Assembly: GCA_963702275.1 (NCBI GenBank)
Contig: CAVPCF010000184.1
Location: 55,548-119,547 of the forward strand
Direction of reading: 5' to 3'
DNA length: 64,000 nucleotides
Source of the DNA: Candidatus Melainabacteria bacterium
GTDB lineage: Bacteria; Actinomycetota; Actinomycetes; Mycobacteriales; Pseudonocardiaceae
Below, piece after piece: positions 47,975-56,383 of the stretch. A program made the translations under genes and the position numbers. The notes beneath the pieces are model-generated. The model was given only the letters and a program-made list of their open reading frames with translations, did no database searches and was not told the origin of the DNA. The stretch's first letter is position 1. The number at the start of each line of letters is the position of its first letter.

Positions 47975-48343
47975 TGACGCCCCGGTGGGGGAGGCCACTC
48001 TGGTTCGTCCGGCGAGCCCGGTCTGTGGGTGGTCGCCAGCGCCTCGGTGGGGAGCCTGCCCTTGTTGGTCCGGCGGGTCGCGTTCGCTCGGCGAGTCGTG
48101 GCAGGCCTGGCCTGGGCACCAGCACCAGTAATCACTGCCGGGGGACCACCTCCGAACGGAACCCGCCGGACGAACACCAGCGGACTCCCCACCGAGGCGT
48201 CAGCGACCACCACCGACAACGCGACCCGCCGGATGAACGACAGTAGGCTCCCACCGAGGCGCCAGCGACCACGACCACAACGGGACCCGCCGGACGAACA
48301 AGAGCAGCTCCCAACCGAGGCGCTCTCTCCGTTTCCGGCCCTA
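47975..48343. repeat. head-to-head arrays of 61-63-nt units forming the palindrome core
   Basis: The CCCGCCGG anchor occurs at 48162, 48225 and 48286 on the plus strand (spacings 63 and 61). The complementary CCGGCG anchors occur at 48009 and 48070 (spacing 61), with a partial unit at 48087. Confidence 0.8.
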
Positions 48344-48551
48344 GCCTCAACAACGCGGCATTCCGTTGTTTGCCCAGTCCTTCTGCATCACCCCGATACG
48401 GGCCCTCTTTGAAAGCGGTTGGTGGGGTTTGTCAAGGTACTCTTTCCCGCCTTGACAAACCCCACCAACCGTCACGACAATCGAGTATCGGGGTGATGCA
48501 GAAGCCCACAGCGTGCGGACCAGCCAAACACCGAACAGCAAGACGCCCACC
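48344..48551. repeat. right arm of the 208-bp inverted repeat
   Basis: See the left arm. Contains the mirrored hairpin module 48380-48504. Confidence 0.9.
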
Positions 48552-48559
48552 CCCAAAGA

Positions 48560-48699
48560 ACAGACCCCCGCCCAACCCAGGGGGGCTACGGCCCTTTTCC
48601 AATCTACCGTTGTCAAGCCCCGAATGGGGGACCTACTGGCAAGTTGTGGATTGAACGGCCGTTATCCACAGATGTGGCGGACGGGGTTGACAGCCGGAG
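48560..48699 (-). repeat. copy B of the ~140-nt conserved element (partner 29285-29440)
   Basis: Its reverse complement aligns block by block with 29285-29440. It is contiguous with the right palindrome arm and starts right after the stop of the 168-aa ORF. Confidence 0.75.
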
Positions 48700-49206
48700 T
48701 CAGCTGGGCCACGTCCACGTGCCGTCGCCCATGACGACCACGTTCTTCTGCTGCCGCCACGAGACGGCCTGCCCGAACATGTAGTCCAGCGTGATCGACA
48801 TGGTGAGCGGCATGCCGGCGATCACGTCGTCGTCCGTGCCGAACTTGTTGCCGTGGGTGGGGAAGTTGGCCTGAACGTCCACCGTGAAGTCGATCGGCAG
48901 GTAGCCGACCTCGAGTGTCGCGGTGATCTGGTCGATGTAGTGGCCGTGGCCGTCCTTGTGGACGCCCCACAGCCAGCTCACGCCGACGGTGAAATCGAAG
49001 TCCGCGTTGAGGAAGTCGTACCAGTCGCTGCTCTGCTTCCACTTCTTGCTGACCTGCTTGAAGGTGCCGCCGGACGAGCCGTTTCCGTCGTAACCCATCG
49101 GGAAACCGTTGGCGTAGCCGCCTTGTACGGTCTGCACACCCGCATGGTTGGCCAGCAGGTGGATGATTGCCACACCGCTGTTGACGATGTCCGCTACCTC
49201 ACCCAT
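48700..49206 (-). CDS. hypothetical protein (168 aa), no family recognised
   Basis: Clean ORF with a GGAGG RBS 5 nt before ATG 49206, located inside the end of the upstream small ORF. Beta-rich, with W/D/G-rich composition. Confidence 0.65.
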   Translation of the reverse strand: MGEVADIVNSGVAIIHLLANHAGVQTVQGGYANGFPMGYDGNGSSGGTFKQVSKKWKQSSDWYDFLNADFDFTVGVSWLWGVHKDGHGHYIDQITATLEVGYLPIDFTVDVQANFPTHGNKFGTDDDVIAGMPLTMSITLDYMFGQAVSWRQQKNVVVMGDGTWTWPS

Positions 49207-49207
49207 G

Positions 49208-49405
49208 TCACGCCTCCACCACGTCGGTCTCGGCGGCCTGCAGCATGTTCGCGAACAGGTCGTCGGTCAGCGGATGTTGTTGGGCGGCCTGCTGGCCGCT
49301 GTGCTCCGCGCTGTGCTGCGCCTGGTCGACGAGCTGCCACTGGGCGCCGTCCCACCAGTAGTGGCCGTCCTCGGATCTCGGTGCGTCCGCGGGAATGTCT
49401 GCCAT
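49208..49405 (-). CDS. hypothetical small protein (65 aa) with a HYWWDGAQW motif
   Basis: Its stop codon (49208-49210) lies 1 nt from the start of the 168-aa ORF, which suggests translational coupling. Confidence 0.5.
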   Translation of the reverse strand: MADIPADAPRSEDGHYWWDGAQWQLVDQAQHSAEHSGQQAAQQHPLTDDLFANMLQAAETDVVEA

Positions 49406-49560
49406 GGTGACCCCTTACCTCGTGCTACGACGCCAAGATGACACCGGGACGGCCGCTGCGACATGGCCGAACGGGCGCCCATTGGGGCACCCGTCCGTAC
49501 ACCTGAGGGAGCCACGTTGACGCCCTTGAGGTTCCATGGTTGGCTGGCCCGAGTCTTTGA

Positions 49561-50391
49561 ATGACTGTTCATTTGGGAGCGCACGTGACCGCACCGACCG
49601 CAGACCTCACCGGCTGGCGTGTTGCGCCGTTCACCGGCGCCGGTCGTACCCACGACTGCTACGAGAAGGGCGATGGCCCCGGCGTGATCCTCGTGCCGGA
49701 GGTTCCCGGCATCACGCCGCAGGTGCTCGGCCTGGCAGAGCACCTGGTCGAAGAGGGATTCACCGTGGTGATGCCGTCGCCGTTCGGGACGCCGGGCAGG
49801 CCGGTGACCGGCGGCTACACCGCCGGTGTGGTCGCTCGGCTGTGCGTGTCGGCCGAGTTCCGGGCGTTCGCGACCAACGCGCACCGGCCGATCGCCGACT
49901 ACCTGCGGGCGTTGGCCCGCGAGCTGAACGCGCGCACGCCCGGCCCGGGTGTCGGGGTCATCGGCATGTGCTTCACCGGCGGGTTCGCGCTGGCGGCCGC
50001 CGTGGACGACGCCGTGATCGCGCCGGTGCTGAGCCAGCCGTCCGTGCCGATGCCGCTTGGCGCGGCCCGCCGTCGTGACCCCGGACTGTCCGAGGCGGAA
50101 CTGGCCACGGTGGTGGCGCGCACGACCGACGCGAACCTCTGCGTGCTCGGGCTGCGGTTCAGCGAGGACGGCGTGGCGGCCCGGGAACGTTTCGCCACCC
50201 TGCGCGCGCGTCTCGGCGACGCGTTCGAGGTGATCGAACTGGACTCGTCGCCGGGCAACATCGGCGGCTTCAAGAAGGGCGCGCACTCGGTGCTCACCGC
50301 CGAGGTGCGCGAGACACCGGGCAACCCGGCGCTGGCCGCGCGCGAGCGGGTCGTGGCGTTCCTGCGCGAACGGCTGATGCCCGCCCAATAG
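49561..50391 (+). CDS. dienelactone hydrolase family protein
   Basis: Alpha/beta-hydrolase pattern with GVIGMCFTGGFA (nucleophile Cys elbow, typical of DLH). Confidence 0.75.
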   Translation: MTVHLGAHVTAPTADLTGWRVAPFTGAGRTHDCYEKGDGPGVILVPEVPGITPQVLGLAEHLVEEGFTVVMPSPFGTPGRPVTGGYTAGVVARLCVSAEFRAFATNAHRPIADYLRALARELNARTPGPGVGVIGMCFTGGFALAAAVDDAVIAPVLSQPSVPMPLGAARRRDPGLSEAELATVVARTTDANLCVLGLRFSEDGVAARERFATLRARLGDAFEVIELDSSPGNIGGFKKGAHSVLTAEVRETPGNPALAARERVVAFLRERLMPAQ

Positions 50392-50487
50392 GGTTGCGCG
50401 CAAAGACGGCGTCAAAGTTTCGGGCGGGAGCGTTGGCGATGCGTCAGTGCCCTGGTCCGGCCAACGGCGGACGGCTTCGCTTGATGT

Positions 50488-50898
50488 GTGACTCTGGTTC
50501 GCACGGTACCGACCCGACGCCAGGCCCTGCCGACGCCGGGGCGGATGTCGGCCGCGGTGGGAATCTCGGCCGGCTTCGGCGTCTATCTGGTAGTGGCGGC
50601 GCTGCTCACGGCCGTGTCGTTCGGTCACACCGCGGGCATCGTGCTGCTGTTGGCGATCGCCGGGACGCTGAGCTGGTGGGCGACGATCCCGGGCGCGGTC
50701 GGCATCGGCGCGTTGGGCTGGTTGTTCTACTCCGGCTTCGTCGCGCACACCCACGGCCAACTCGGCATCACCGGGCCGACGGACGCCGTGGTACTCGGCG
50801 TGTTGGTCGGGGGAGCGCTGCTCAGCGCGGCGGTGCGGAGTCTGCTGTCGCGGGGCGCCGCGCCGTCGATTCCGTCGCCTCGATCTACTGTGGACTGA
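50488..50898 (+). CDS. hypothetical membrane protein
   Basis: 3-4 hydrophobic segments. The start is uncertain (GTG 50488 or ATG 50545). Confidence 0.45.
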   Translation: MTLVRTVPTRRQALPTPGRMSAAVGISAGFGVYLVVAALLTAVSFGHTAGIVLLLAIAGTLSWWATIPGAVGIGALGWLFYSGFVAHTHGQLGITGPTDAVVLGVLVGGALLSAAVRSLLSRGAAPSIPSPRSTVD

Positions 50899-50906
50899 TT
50901 GTCAAC

Positions 50907-50916
50907 TGAACGTTCA
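50907..50916. promoter_or_regulatory. short palindrome upstream of the TetR gene (operator candidate)
   Basis: TGAACGTTCA is a perfect 10-bp palindrome, 19 nt upstream of ATG 50935. Confidence 0.3.
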
Positions 50917-50934
50917 CTCACTTACAGTGGGTCC

Positions 50935-51489
50935 ATGGCGGTACGAGATCCCGAGGCCAAACGGCGGCGACTCCTGGACGCCGGCCTGGCCGAGTTCGCC
51001 ACCTACGGCATCGCGGGCGCGCGGATCGACCGCATCGCCAAGCTCGCCGGGTGCAGCGCGGGCCTCGTCTACACGTACTTCGGCAGCAAGGACGAACTGT
51101 TCGAGGCGGTCTTCGAGGCGATCGTCCAACGGGCCATCGCCGACATCCCCATCACGCCGGACGACCTCCCTGGCTACGCGGGCCGCCTGTTCGACAGCCA
51201 CGACTCCTACCCGGAGGTGGTGCGACTGATCACATGGCACCAATTGGAACGGGTCGGCCCACCGTTGAAGGCGGTGTGCGAGGCCGTCACAGCCAAGACA
51301 GCGGCGATCAGCGCCGCGCAGCGGACCGGCGCCGTGTCCGACCGGTTCCAACCCGAACAGATCGTGGCCCTGGTGCTGAGCCTGTCCGCGATGTGGTCGT
51401 CACCTGGGCCGGAAACCGGCGCGATGACCGATCGCGCCTTCCGCCGCGCGACCGTGGTCGACGCGGTCCGACGCCTGGTCGAACCCTAG
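50935..51489 (+). CDS. TetR/AcrR family transcriptional regulator
   Basis: HTH region (LLDAGLAEFATYGIAGARIDRIAKLAGCSAGLVYTYFGSKDELF). Its stop overlaps the stop of the convergent PKS gene (CTAG). Confidence 0.85.
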   Translation: MAVRDPEAKRRRLLDAGLAEFATYGIAGARIDRIAKLAGCSAGLVYTYFGSKDELFEAVFEAIVQRAIADIPITPDDLPGYAGRLFDSHDSYPEVVRLITWHQLERVGPPLKAVCEAVTAKTAAISAAQRTGAVSDRFQPEQIVALVLSLSAMWSSPGPETGAMTDRAFRRATVVDAVRRLVEP

Positions 51490-52529
51490 CCGTCGGCCCG
51501 CAGCAGTGCCGCGTACAGCGTCAGGCCGGGGCCGAATGCCATCACCACGGCGGGCCTGCCGTCGGCGAGGCGCCCTGCGCGGCGGAGTTCGTCCAGGATC
51601 ACCAGGACCGTCGCCGACGAGCAGTTGCCGCGTTCCCGCAACACCGCGCGGGAGACGTCCAGCGCGTCGGCCGGTAATCGGAGTTCGCGTTCGACGGTCT
51701 CCAGGATGCGCGGCCCGCCGGGATGCACGGCCCACGCGCCGACGTCAGCGATCGTCAGGCCGTGTCGGTCCAGCAGGTCGTCCATCATCGGGCCGACCTG
51801 TTCGGCGAGTACGGCCGGCACCTCGGGGGACAGGCCCATTCGGAAGCCCAGATCCGTGATGTCCCAACGCATGTGGTCGGCGGTGGTGTTGTCGGTGCGG
51901 GCTGCTATGTCCACAATCGACAGACCATTGCCGGACGGCCGGACCACCACGGCGGCCGCCGCGTCGGCGAACAGCGCGTGCGTGACGACCTGCCCGAGAT
52001 CGTCGGTGGGCGGCTGGACGTGCAGCGACGTCAGCTCGATGCACAGCAGGACAGCGGGCCTGCCACGGGCCACCACGAAGTCCGACACCGTGCCGAGCCC
52101 GGGAATGGCGGCGTAGCAACCCATGTGCCCGATCATCAGGCGCAGCACGTCGGCCGGCATGCCCAGGTCCGCGGCCAGTCGGATGTCCAGGCCAGGCGTC
52201 GTGTAACCCGTGCAGGACACCACCGCGAACAGGCCGATCTCGTCCGCGCCCATGCCGGCGTCCGCCAGCGCCGCGCTGACCGCCTCCTTGCCAAGCGGCA
52301 TCGCCTCGGCCGCGTAGCGACGCATCCGTTGGCCCGTCGACCATCCCGACACGTCCTCCACCAACGGGTCGGCAACCGCGTGTCGGTGGCTGACCCCGGC
52401 GGACCGGAAGATCCGGCCCGCGACGCGGGAGTTGCCGTTCATGCGTGGCTCGAAGAAACCCGACCAGAGCGTGTCCTGGTCCACCTGACCGGGGAAGGCG
52501 CAGCCGCCGCCGGTGATCGCGGCGGTCAC
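51486..52529 (-). CDS. type III polyketide synthase (chalcone synthase superfamily)
   Basis: Catalytic Cys in VVSCTGYTTPG, His in WAVHPGGPRIL and Asn in RERGNCSSATVL. GTGA overlap with the upstream gene. Confidence 0.9.
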   Translation of the reverse strand: MTAAITGGGCAFPGQVDQDTLWSGFFEPRMNGNSRVAGRIFRSAGVSHRHAVADPLVEDVSGWSTGQRMRRYAAEAMPLGKEAVSAALADAGMGADEIGLFAVVSCTGYTTPGLDIRLAADLGMPADVLRLMIGHMGCYAAIPGLGTVSDFVVARGRPAVLLCIELTSLHVQPPTDDLGQVVTHALFADAAAAVVVRPSGNGLSIVDIAARTDNTTADHMRWDITDLGFRMGLSPEVPAVLAEQVGPMMDDLLDRHGLTIADVGAWAVHPGGPRILETVERELRLPADALDVSRAVLRERGNCSSATVLVILDELRRAGRLADGRPAVVMAFGPGLTLYAALLRADG

Positions 52530-53722
52530 CAACGGGGCACCGCGGCATCCGCGTCCGGGTCGCCGCCCGCCGCCGCCGCGCCGAGCCAGTCGGCGCACAC
52601 GTCGGACGTGGCCGGCTGCAGCGCGCCGCAGCGCGCGTCCCGGTAGAGGCGTTCCAACGGGTGGCCGCGCCGGCTGGCCGACGTGCCGGCCGCCTCCAGC
52701 ATGGACGACGCCACGTCCGCCGCCGCGTCCCCGGCCAGCAGTTTCGCCCGCCACACCCAGCGGTTCGTGTCCGGCTCGCCCGGCGCGCTGTCCACCCGGC
52801 GCGCTGCCTCGGCGACCGCGAGCCGCGCCGCGGCCACGGTGGCGTCCGCGCGGCCGATGCGAGCCCGAACCGCCGGCAGCGTGTGCAGGCCGCGTTCGCG
52901 CAGATGTGCCGCTGCCGCGTCGATGGCGGCCTGCGCGACACCGACGTACACCGCGGCGTACGAGGCGACCAGCCACTGCGGCATCACCTGCGCCAGCAGC
53001 AGGGCAAGGCCTTCGACGCCGCCGAGCAGCGCGTCCGGCCCGACCGTCACGTCGAAGTGGACGTCGTGGCTGCCGGTGGCCCGCATGCCGAGCGAGTCCC
53101 ACGTGGGCTCCACCTTGACGCCGTCGCCTGCCGGGATCAGGAAGTGGGACACGACAGGGGCCGCGTCGGGGGCCGTCGCGGCGGCGCGTGCGGCGACCAG
53201 GTAGCCGTCGACGTGGCCCGCGCCGGAGACGAACGCCTTGCTGCCGCTGATGTGGAAGCCGCCGTCGGTCTTCGTGTAGGCGGTGGTGATCGCGGACAGC
53301 CGCGAGCCGACGCCGCGTTCGCTCATCGCCACGCCGTAGAGCCGGCCCGCCAGCGCGTCGGTCAGGACCTTGTCACGGGCGGCGAAGAACGAGTCCGGCA
53401 CGCCGAACGCGCGGATCAGCTCGTCCGGCGTGTGCGCGAGGGCACCGGTGACGGAGGCGTGCATGTTGAACACCAGCGCGGTGGCACCGGCGCCTGCTGC
53501 CAGTTCGCTTGCCACCTCGGTGTAGTCGGCGAAGGTGGCGCCCGGTCCGCCCAGTCGGGCCGGGACCATCAGGCCGAGCAGGCCCGCGGCTCTCAGGTCG
53601 GCGAAGTCGGCGGCCGGGAACTCCCCCCGCTCGTCGTGCTTTGCCGCGCGCGCGGCGAACTCGGGGGCCAGCGCCCGCGCCGCGGCGACGGCTGCCGCCG
53701 GATCCGCGAGGGTGTCCGTCAT
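52526..53722 (-). CDS. acyl-CoA dehydrogenase-family flavoprotein
   Basis: 398 aa. ACAD-like architecture (N-terminal helical domain, middle GSKAFVSGAG segment, C-terminal helical domain ending in LERLYRDARCG). ATGA overlap with the upstream gene. Confidence 0.75.
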   Translation of the reverse strand: MTDTLADPAAAVAAARALAPEFAARAAKHDERGEFPAADFADLRAAGLLGLMVPARLGGPGATFADYTEVASELAAGAGATALVFNMHASVTGALAHTPDELIRAFGVPDSFFAARDKVLTDALAGRLYGVAMSERGVGSRLSAITTAYTKTDGGFHISGSKAFVSGAGHVDGYLVAARAAATAPDAAPVVSHFLIPAGDGVKVEPTWDSLGMRATGSHDVHFDVTVGPDALLGGVEGLALLLAQVMPQWLVASYAAVYVGVAQAAIDAAAAHLRERGLHTLPAVRARIGRADATVAAARLAVAEAARRVDSAPGEPDTNRWVWRAKLLAGDAAADVASSMLEAAGTSASRRGHPLERLYRDARCGALQPATSDVCADWLGAAAAGGDPDADAAVPRW

Positions 53723-54441
53723 GCGTGCTCCTTCCGGCCGATGCCCTGGAACAGCACCGACGTCGTCGCGACCGGAACCATCCTGACCAGTTCGGCACGG
53801 CCGGCGAGCCAGCGGGCCGTGCCGATCATCGACGGCCGAATACCCCGCAGCGCCAGACGCACACCGTGCCGTGCGCACTCGGCGACGAGCTCTTTCCTGT
53901 TTACGAACAACGCGGGGTCATGGATTCCCGGCGGCGGCCCGCCCGGCAGCCGTTCGGCCAGTGTGACGGCGACGAACCGGCTCAGCGGCGTGTCGGCGAG
54001 GGTGTCCACGACCAGCAGCCCGCCCGGCCGCAGCAGCCGGCAGGCCTGTGCGATCGCGGCCGGCAGATCGGTCACGTGCTCCAGGATCTCGCCCGCGGTG
54101 ACCACGTCGGCGCAGGCATCGGCCAGCGGCGCGGCCCGCACGTCACCCCGGACCGCGGCCACGCCGTGCGCCAGCGCCTGGGGGAGTGCCGTGGCGGACA
54201 GGTCGACGCCGACGTGCCGGTAGCCAAGCCGCGCGACGTGCGGCGCCATCAGGCCGCCGCCGCAGCCGAGGTCGACCAGCACCGCACCGGGCCGGGCGGC
54301 AGGCGGGACCAACGCGGCCCTGGCAGCGGCGAGCCAGTGCAACATCGCGAACATCCCGCGCGGCCGCCACCACTCTGGCGCGAGCGCGTCGTACTGCGCC
54401 GGGTCGTTGCGGACGATGGTCACGACTCCACATTGGCACAT
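53719..54441 (-). CDS. class I SAM-dependent methyltransferase
   Basis: Motif I VLVDLGCGGG and post-I/II segments (VVTAGEILEHV, LLRPGGLLVV). The start is uncertain. Confidence 0.8.
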   Translation of the reverse strand: MCQCGVVTIVRNDPAQYDALAPEWWRPRGMFAMLHWLAAARAALVPPAARPGAVLVDLGCGGGLMAPHVARLGYRHVGVDLSATALPQALAHGVAAVRGDVRAAPLADACADVVTAGEILEHVTDLPAAIAQACRLLRPGGLLVVDTLADTPLSRFVAVTLAERLPGGPPPGIHDPALFVNRKELVAECARHGVRLALRGIRPSMIGTARWLAGRAELVRMVPVATTSVLFQGIGRKEHA

Positions 54442-54468
54442 CCGAAGTTGCGCTCGGGTAACCCCAGG

Positions 54469-55593
54469 TCAACGGCTTGTGCGCAACCAGAGCTGGCTTA
54501 AGGTGTCGTCGGTGGTGGCGAGCAGGAGGCCGTCCGGTAATTCGCCGATCCGGACCTCATTGGATGTGATCGGGAGTGGGACGTCCCGCCATCCGGAGCA
54601 GTCGCGGGCCGTTGATTCGAGGCGGGCCTTGTCATTGACGCGCAGCGCGATGAGTGTGTCGGCGCCGTGCACGAGCACCTGGGACACCTGCACGGTCGTG
54701 CCGGCGGGCCCGGTGGTGCCGGCGCCGACCGTGCTGCCGTCGACCGGCCAGCACATCGCGTGCCACGGGCTGCCAAGGGCGATGCCGGCCACCGCGCAAC
54801 CGGCGTCGTCACACGCGGCGCGGTTCGCGGTCGCGCCGTCGGTGGTGGTCGGGATGGTGATCCGGTGCCACGCGCCGCCATCGGGCGAGGTCCAGACCAC
54901 TGGGGTGAGCTGGGCTCCGTGCAGGGTGTCGCCGACGGCAAGGAAACTCCTCGGGCCCGCGGCGGCGCCCAGTGCGCTGGTCTGTTCGCCGACGGCCGAG
55001 GCCAGGGCGGGGTCGTCGGCGTCCCGGTGCCAGGTCACGCCGTCGGCCGAGGTCCAGACCGCGGCGCCGTACCGGCCGGTCGGACCGTCCCACTGGCCGA
55101 CCAGCAGCGCGGTGCCGGGCAGGGCGGCCGCGTCGTTGGTGGCGATCGCGTGCGGGCCGCCGAACATCTCGAATGGCTGCTCGTGCTCGACAAGGCCCGC
55201 GCTGTCGCCGGTCCACACTGTCAACCGTGGATTGCTGTGTGCCCCACCGAATGCCTGCCCGAGGACGGTGAGCCTGCCGGCCGCGGAACCGACGGCGACG
55301 AGCTCGGCCTGGGCCGCGTATACGGTATGCGGTATGAGGGGTACCGGATGCCATGACTGACCGTCCGTGGTGGTCCACGCGGCGGGGGCACGTCCGGTCG
55401 GGCCGGGCACCGAACCCACGACCAGCAGTCCCGTGCCGTCCGGCACGACGGCCAGCACCCGCGCGTCCAACGCCGGCATCGGCATCGGCCGCCAGCCGTT
55501 GACCGTAGCCCCAGCAGCGCTCCCGCTCGCGGTGCAGCCGGCCGCCATGACCAGCGCCAGGGCCGCCACCAGCCACTTCGCTCGACGAGCCAT
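54469..55593 (-). CDS. lipoprotein with repeated Asp-box/BNR-like motifs (probable beta-propeller)
   Basis: Lipobox MAAGC. Repeats WTTTDGQSWH, WTSADGVTWH and WTSPDGGAWH. Trimmed to ATG 55593. Confidence 0.6.
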   Translation of the reverse strand: MARRAKWLVAALALVMAAGCTASGSAAGATVNGWRPMPMPALDARVLAVVPDGTGLLVVGSVPGPTGRAPAAWTTTDGQSWHPVPLIPHTVYAAQAELVAVGSAAGRLTVLGQAFGGAHSNPRLTVWTGDSAGLVEHEQPFEMFGGPHAIATNDAAALPGTALLVGQWDGPTGRYGAAVWTSADGVTWHRDADDPALASAVGEQTSALGAAAGPRSFLAVGDTLHGAQLTPVVWTSPDGGAWHRITIPTTTDGATANRAACDDAGCAVAGIALGSPWHAMCWPVDGSTVGAGTTGPAGTTVQVSQVLVHGADTLIALRVNDKARLESTARDCSGWRDVPLPITSNEVRIGELPDGLLLATTDDTLSQLWLRTSR

Positions 55594-55747
55594 GCCGTAA
55601 CAGTGCCACAGACGAGACGGCAAGTGCGGCCGCGGTTTCACCGCGACCGCACTTGACGCCAACGACCAGGGGCGGGGCAGAGGAGGACCCGCTCCCTGGT
55701 CGTTGCCGGCTTCCGGCTCCCCGGTCACCTCCCCAGGGTGTGCCTCC

Positions 55748-56383
55748 CTAGGGCGTGACCGACTCAGAGCCGGCCGAGGGCTGCCGGCGCAGGTTGAGCC
55801 GGATTCCGCCGAGGCGGATGGACGACGTGGTCGCGGTCGCGCCGAGCAGCACCACCGCGCCGCTGATCAGCACCAGGTTCTTCAGCACGAACTCGCCGTC
55901 CATGTTGAGCAGCAGCAGGTTCCCGTTGTGCATCATCCAACTCGGCGCGTCGATGAAGGTCAGGAACGTGCCGGCCAGGTGCGCCACAACGCCGATCAAC
56001 GCGAAGCGTCGCGCCTGGGGGATGACAAGACCGATGGCGATCATGATCTCGATCGACCCGAGCAGCGGCACGAACCAGTGCGCGTCGAACCACGGGATCG
56101 TGACCTGTACCAGGCCGAACACGTCGGAGTGGCCGATCACCTTGAGCACGCCGAACCACACGTAAACAAGCGCTAGTACGGTCCGCAGCAGCGGCATGCC
56201 CAATTTGCCGGCCACACCGGTCAGCCAGTCAAGCGGATTGTTCGCCAGTCGGGCCAACAAATGTTCGGGCGCCGGAATTGGATCCATTCCAGACTCGGAC
56301 GAGGTGGTGGCGGATCCGGTGATTTTTTCACCAGATGGTTCTGTAGTGGTCGATTTGCGATTAACACCCTGCGTGGTGCTCAT
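55748..56383 (-). CDS. integral membrane protein (possibly DoxX/DUF417-like)
   Basis: Ser/Thr-rich N-terminus followed by 4 TM segments. Trimmed to ATG 56383. The family call is tentative. Confidence 0.5.
   Translation of the reverse strand: MSTTQGVNRKSTTTEPSGEKITGSATTSSESGMDPIPAPEHLLARLANNPLDWLTGVAGKLGMPLLRTVLALVYVWFGVLKVIGHSDVFGLVQVTIPWFDAHWFVPLLGSIEIMIAIGLVIPQARRFALIGVVAHLAGTFLTFIDAPSWMMHNGNLLLLNMDGEFVLKNLVLISGAVVLLGATATTSSIRLGGIRLNLRRQPSAGSESVTP

Noticed and set aside
47975-48343. Possible CRISPR array, because of regularly spaced ~62-nt units.
   Set aside because: The units are contiguous and similar along their whole length, so there is no alternation of conserved repeats with unique spacers. 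They also occur in both orientations, and no cas genes are in the window.
48640-48680. Possible replication origin, because of a perfect TTATCCACA DnaA box and nearby TGTGGAT-like sequences.
   Set aside because: There is one perfect box and one or two weak ones. I saw no AT-rich unwinding element and no dnaA, dnaN or rep gene nearby. This is insufficient for an oriC or plasmid origin call, so it is kept only as a motif note.
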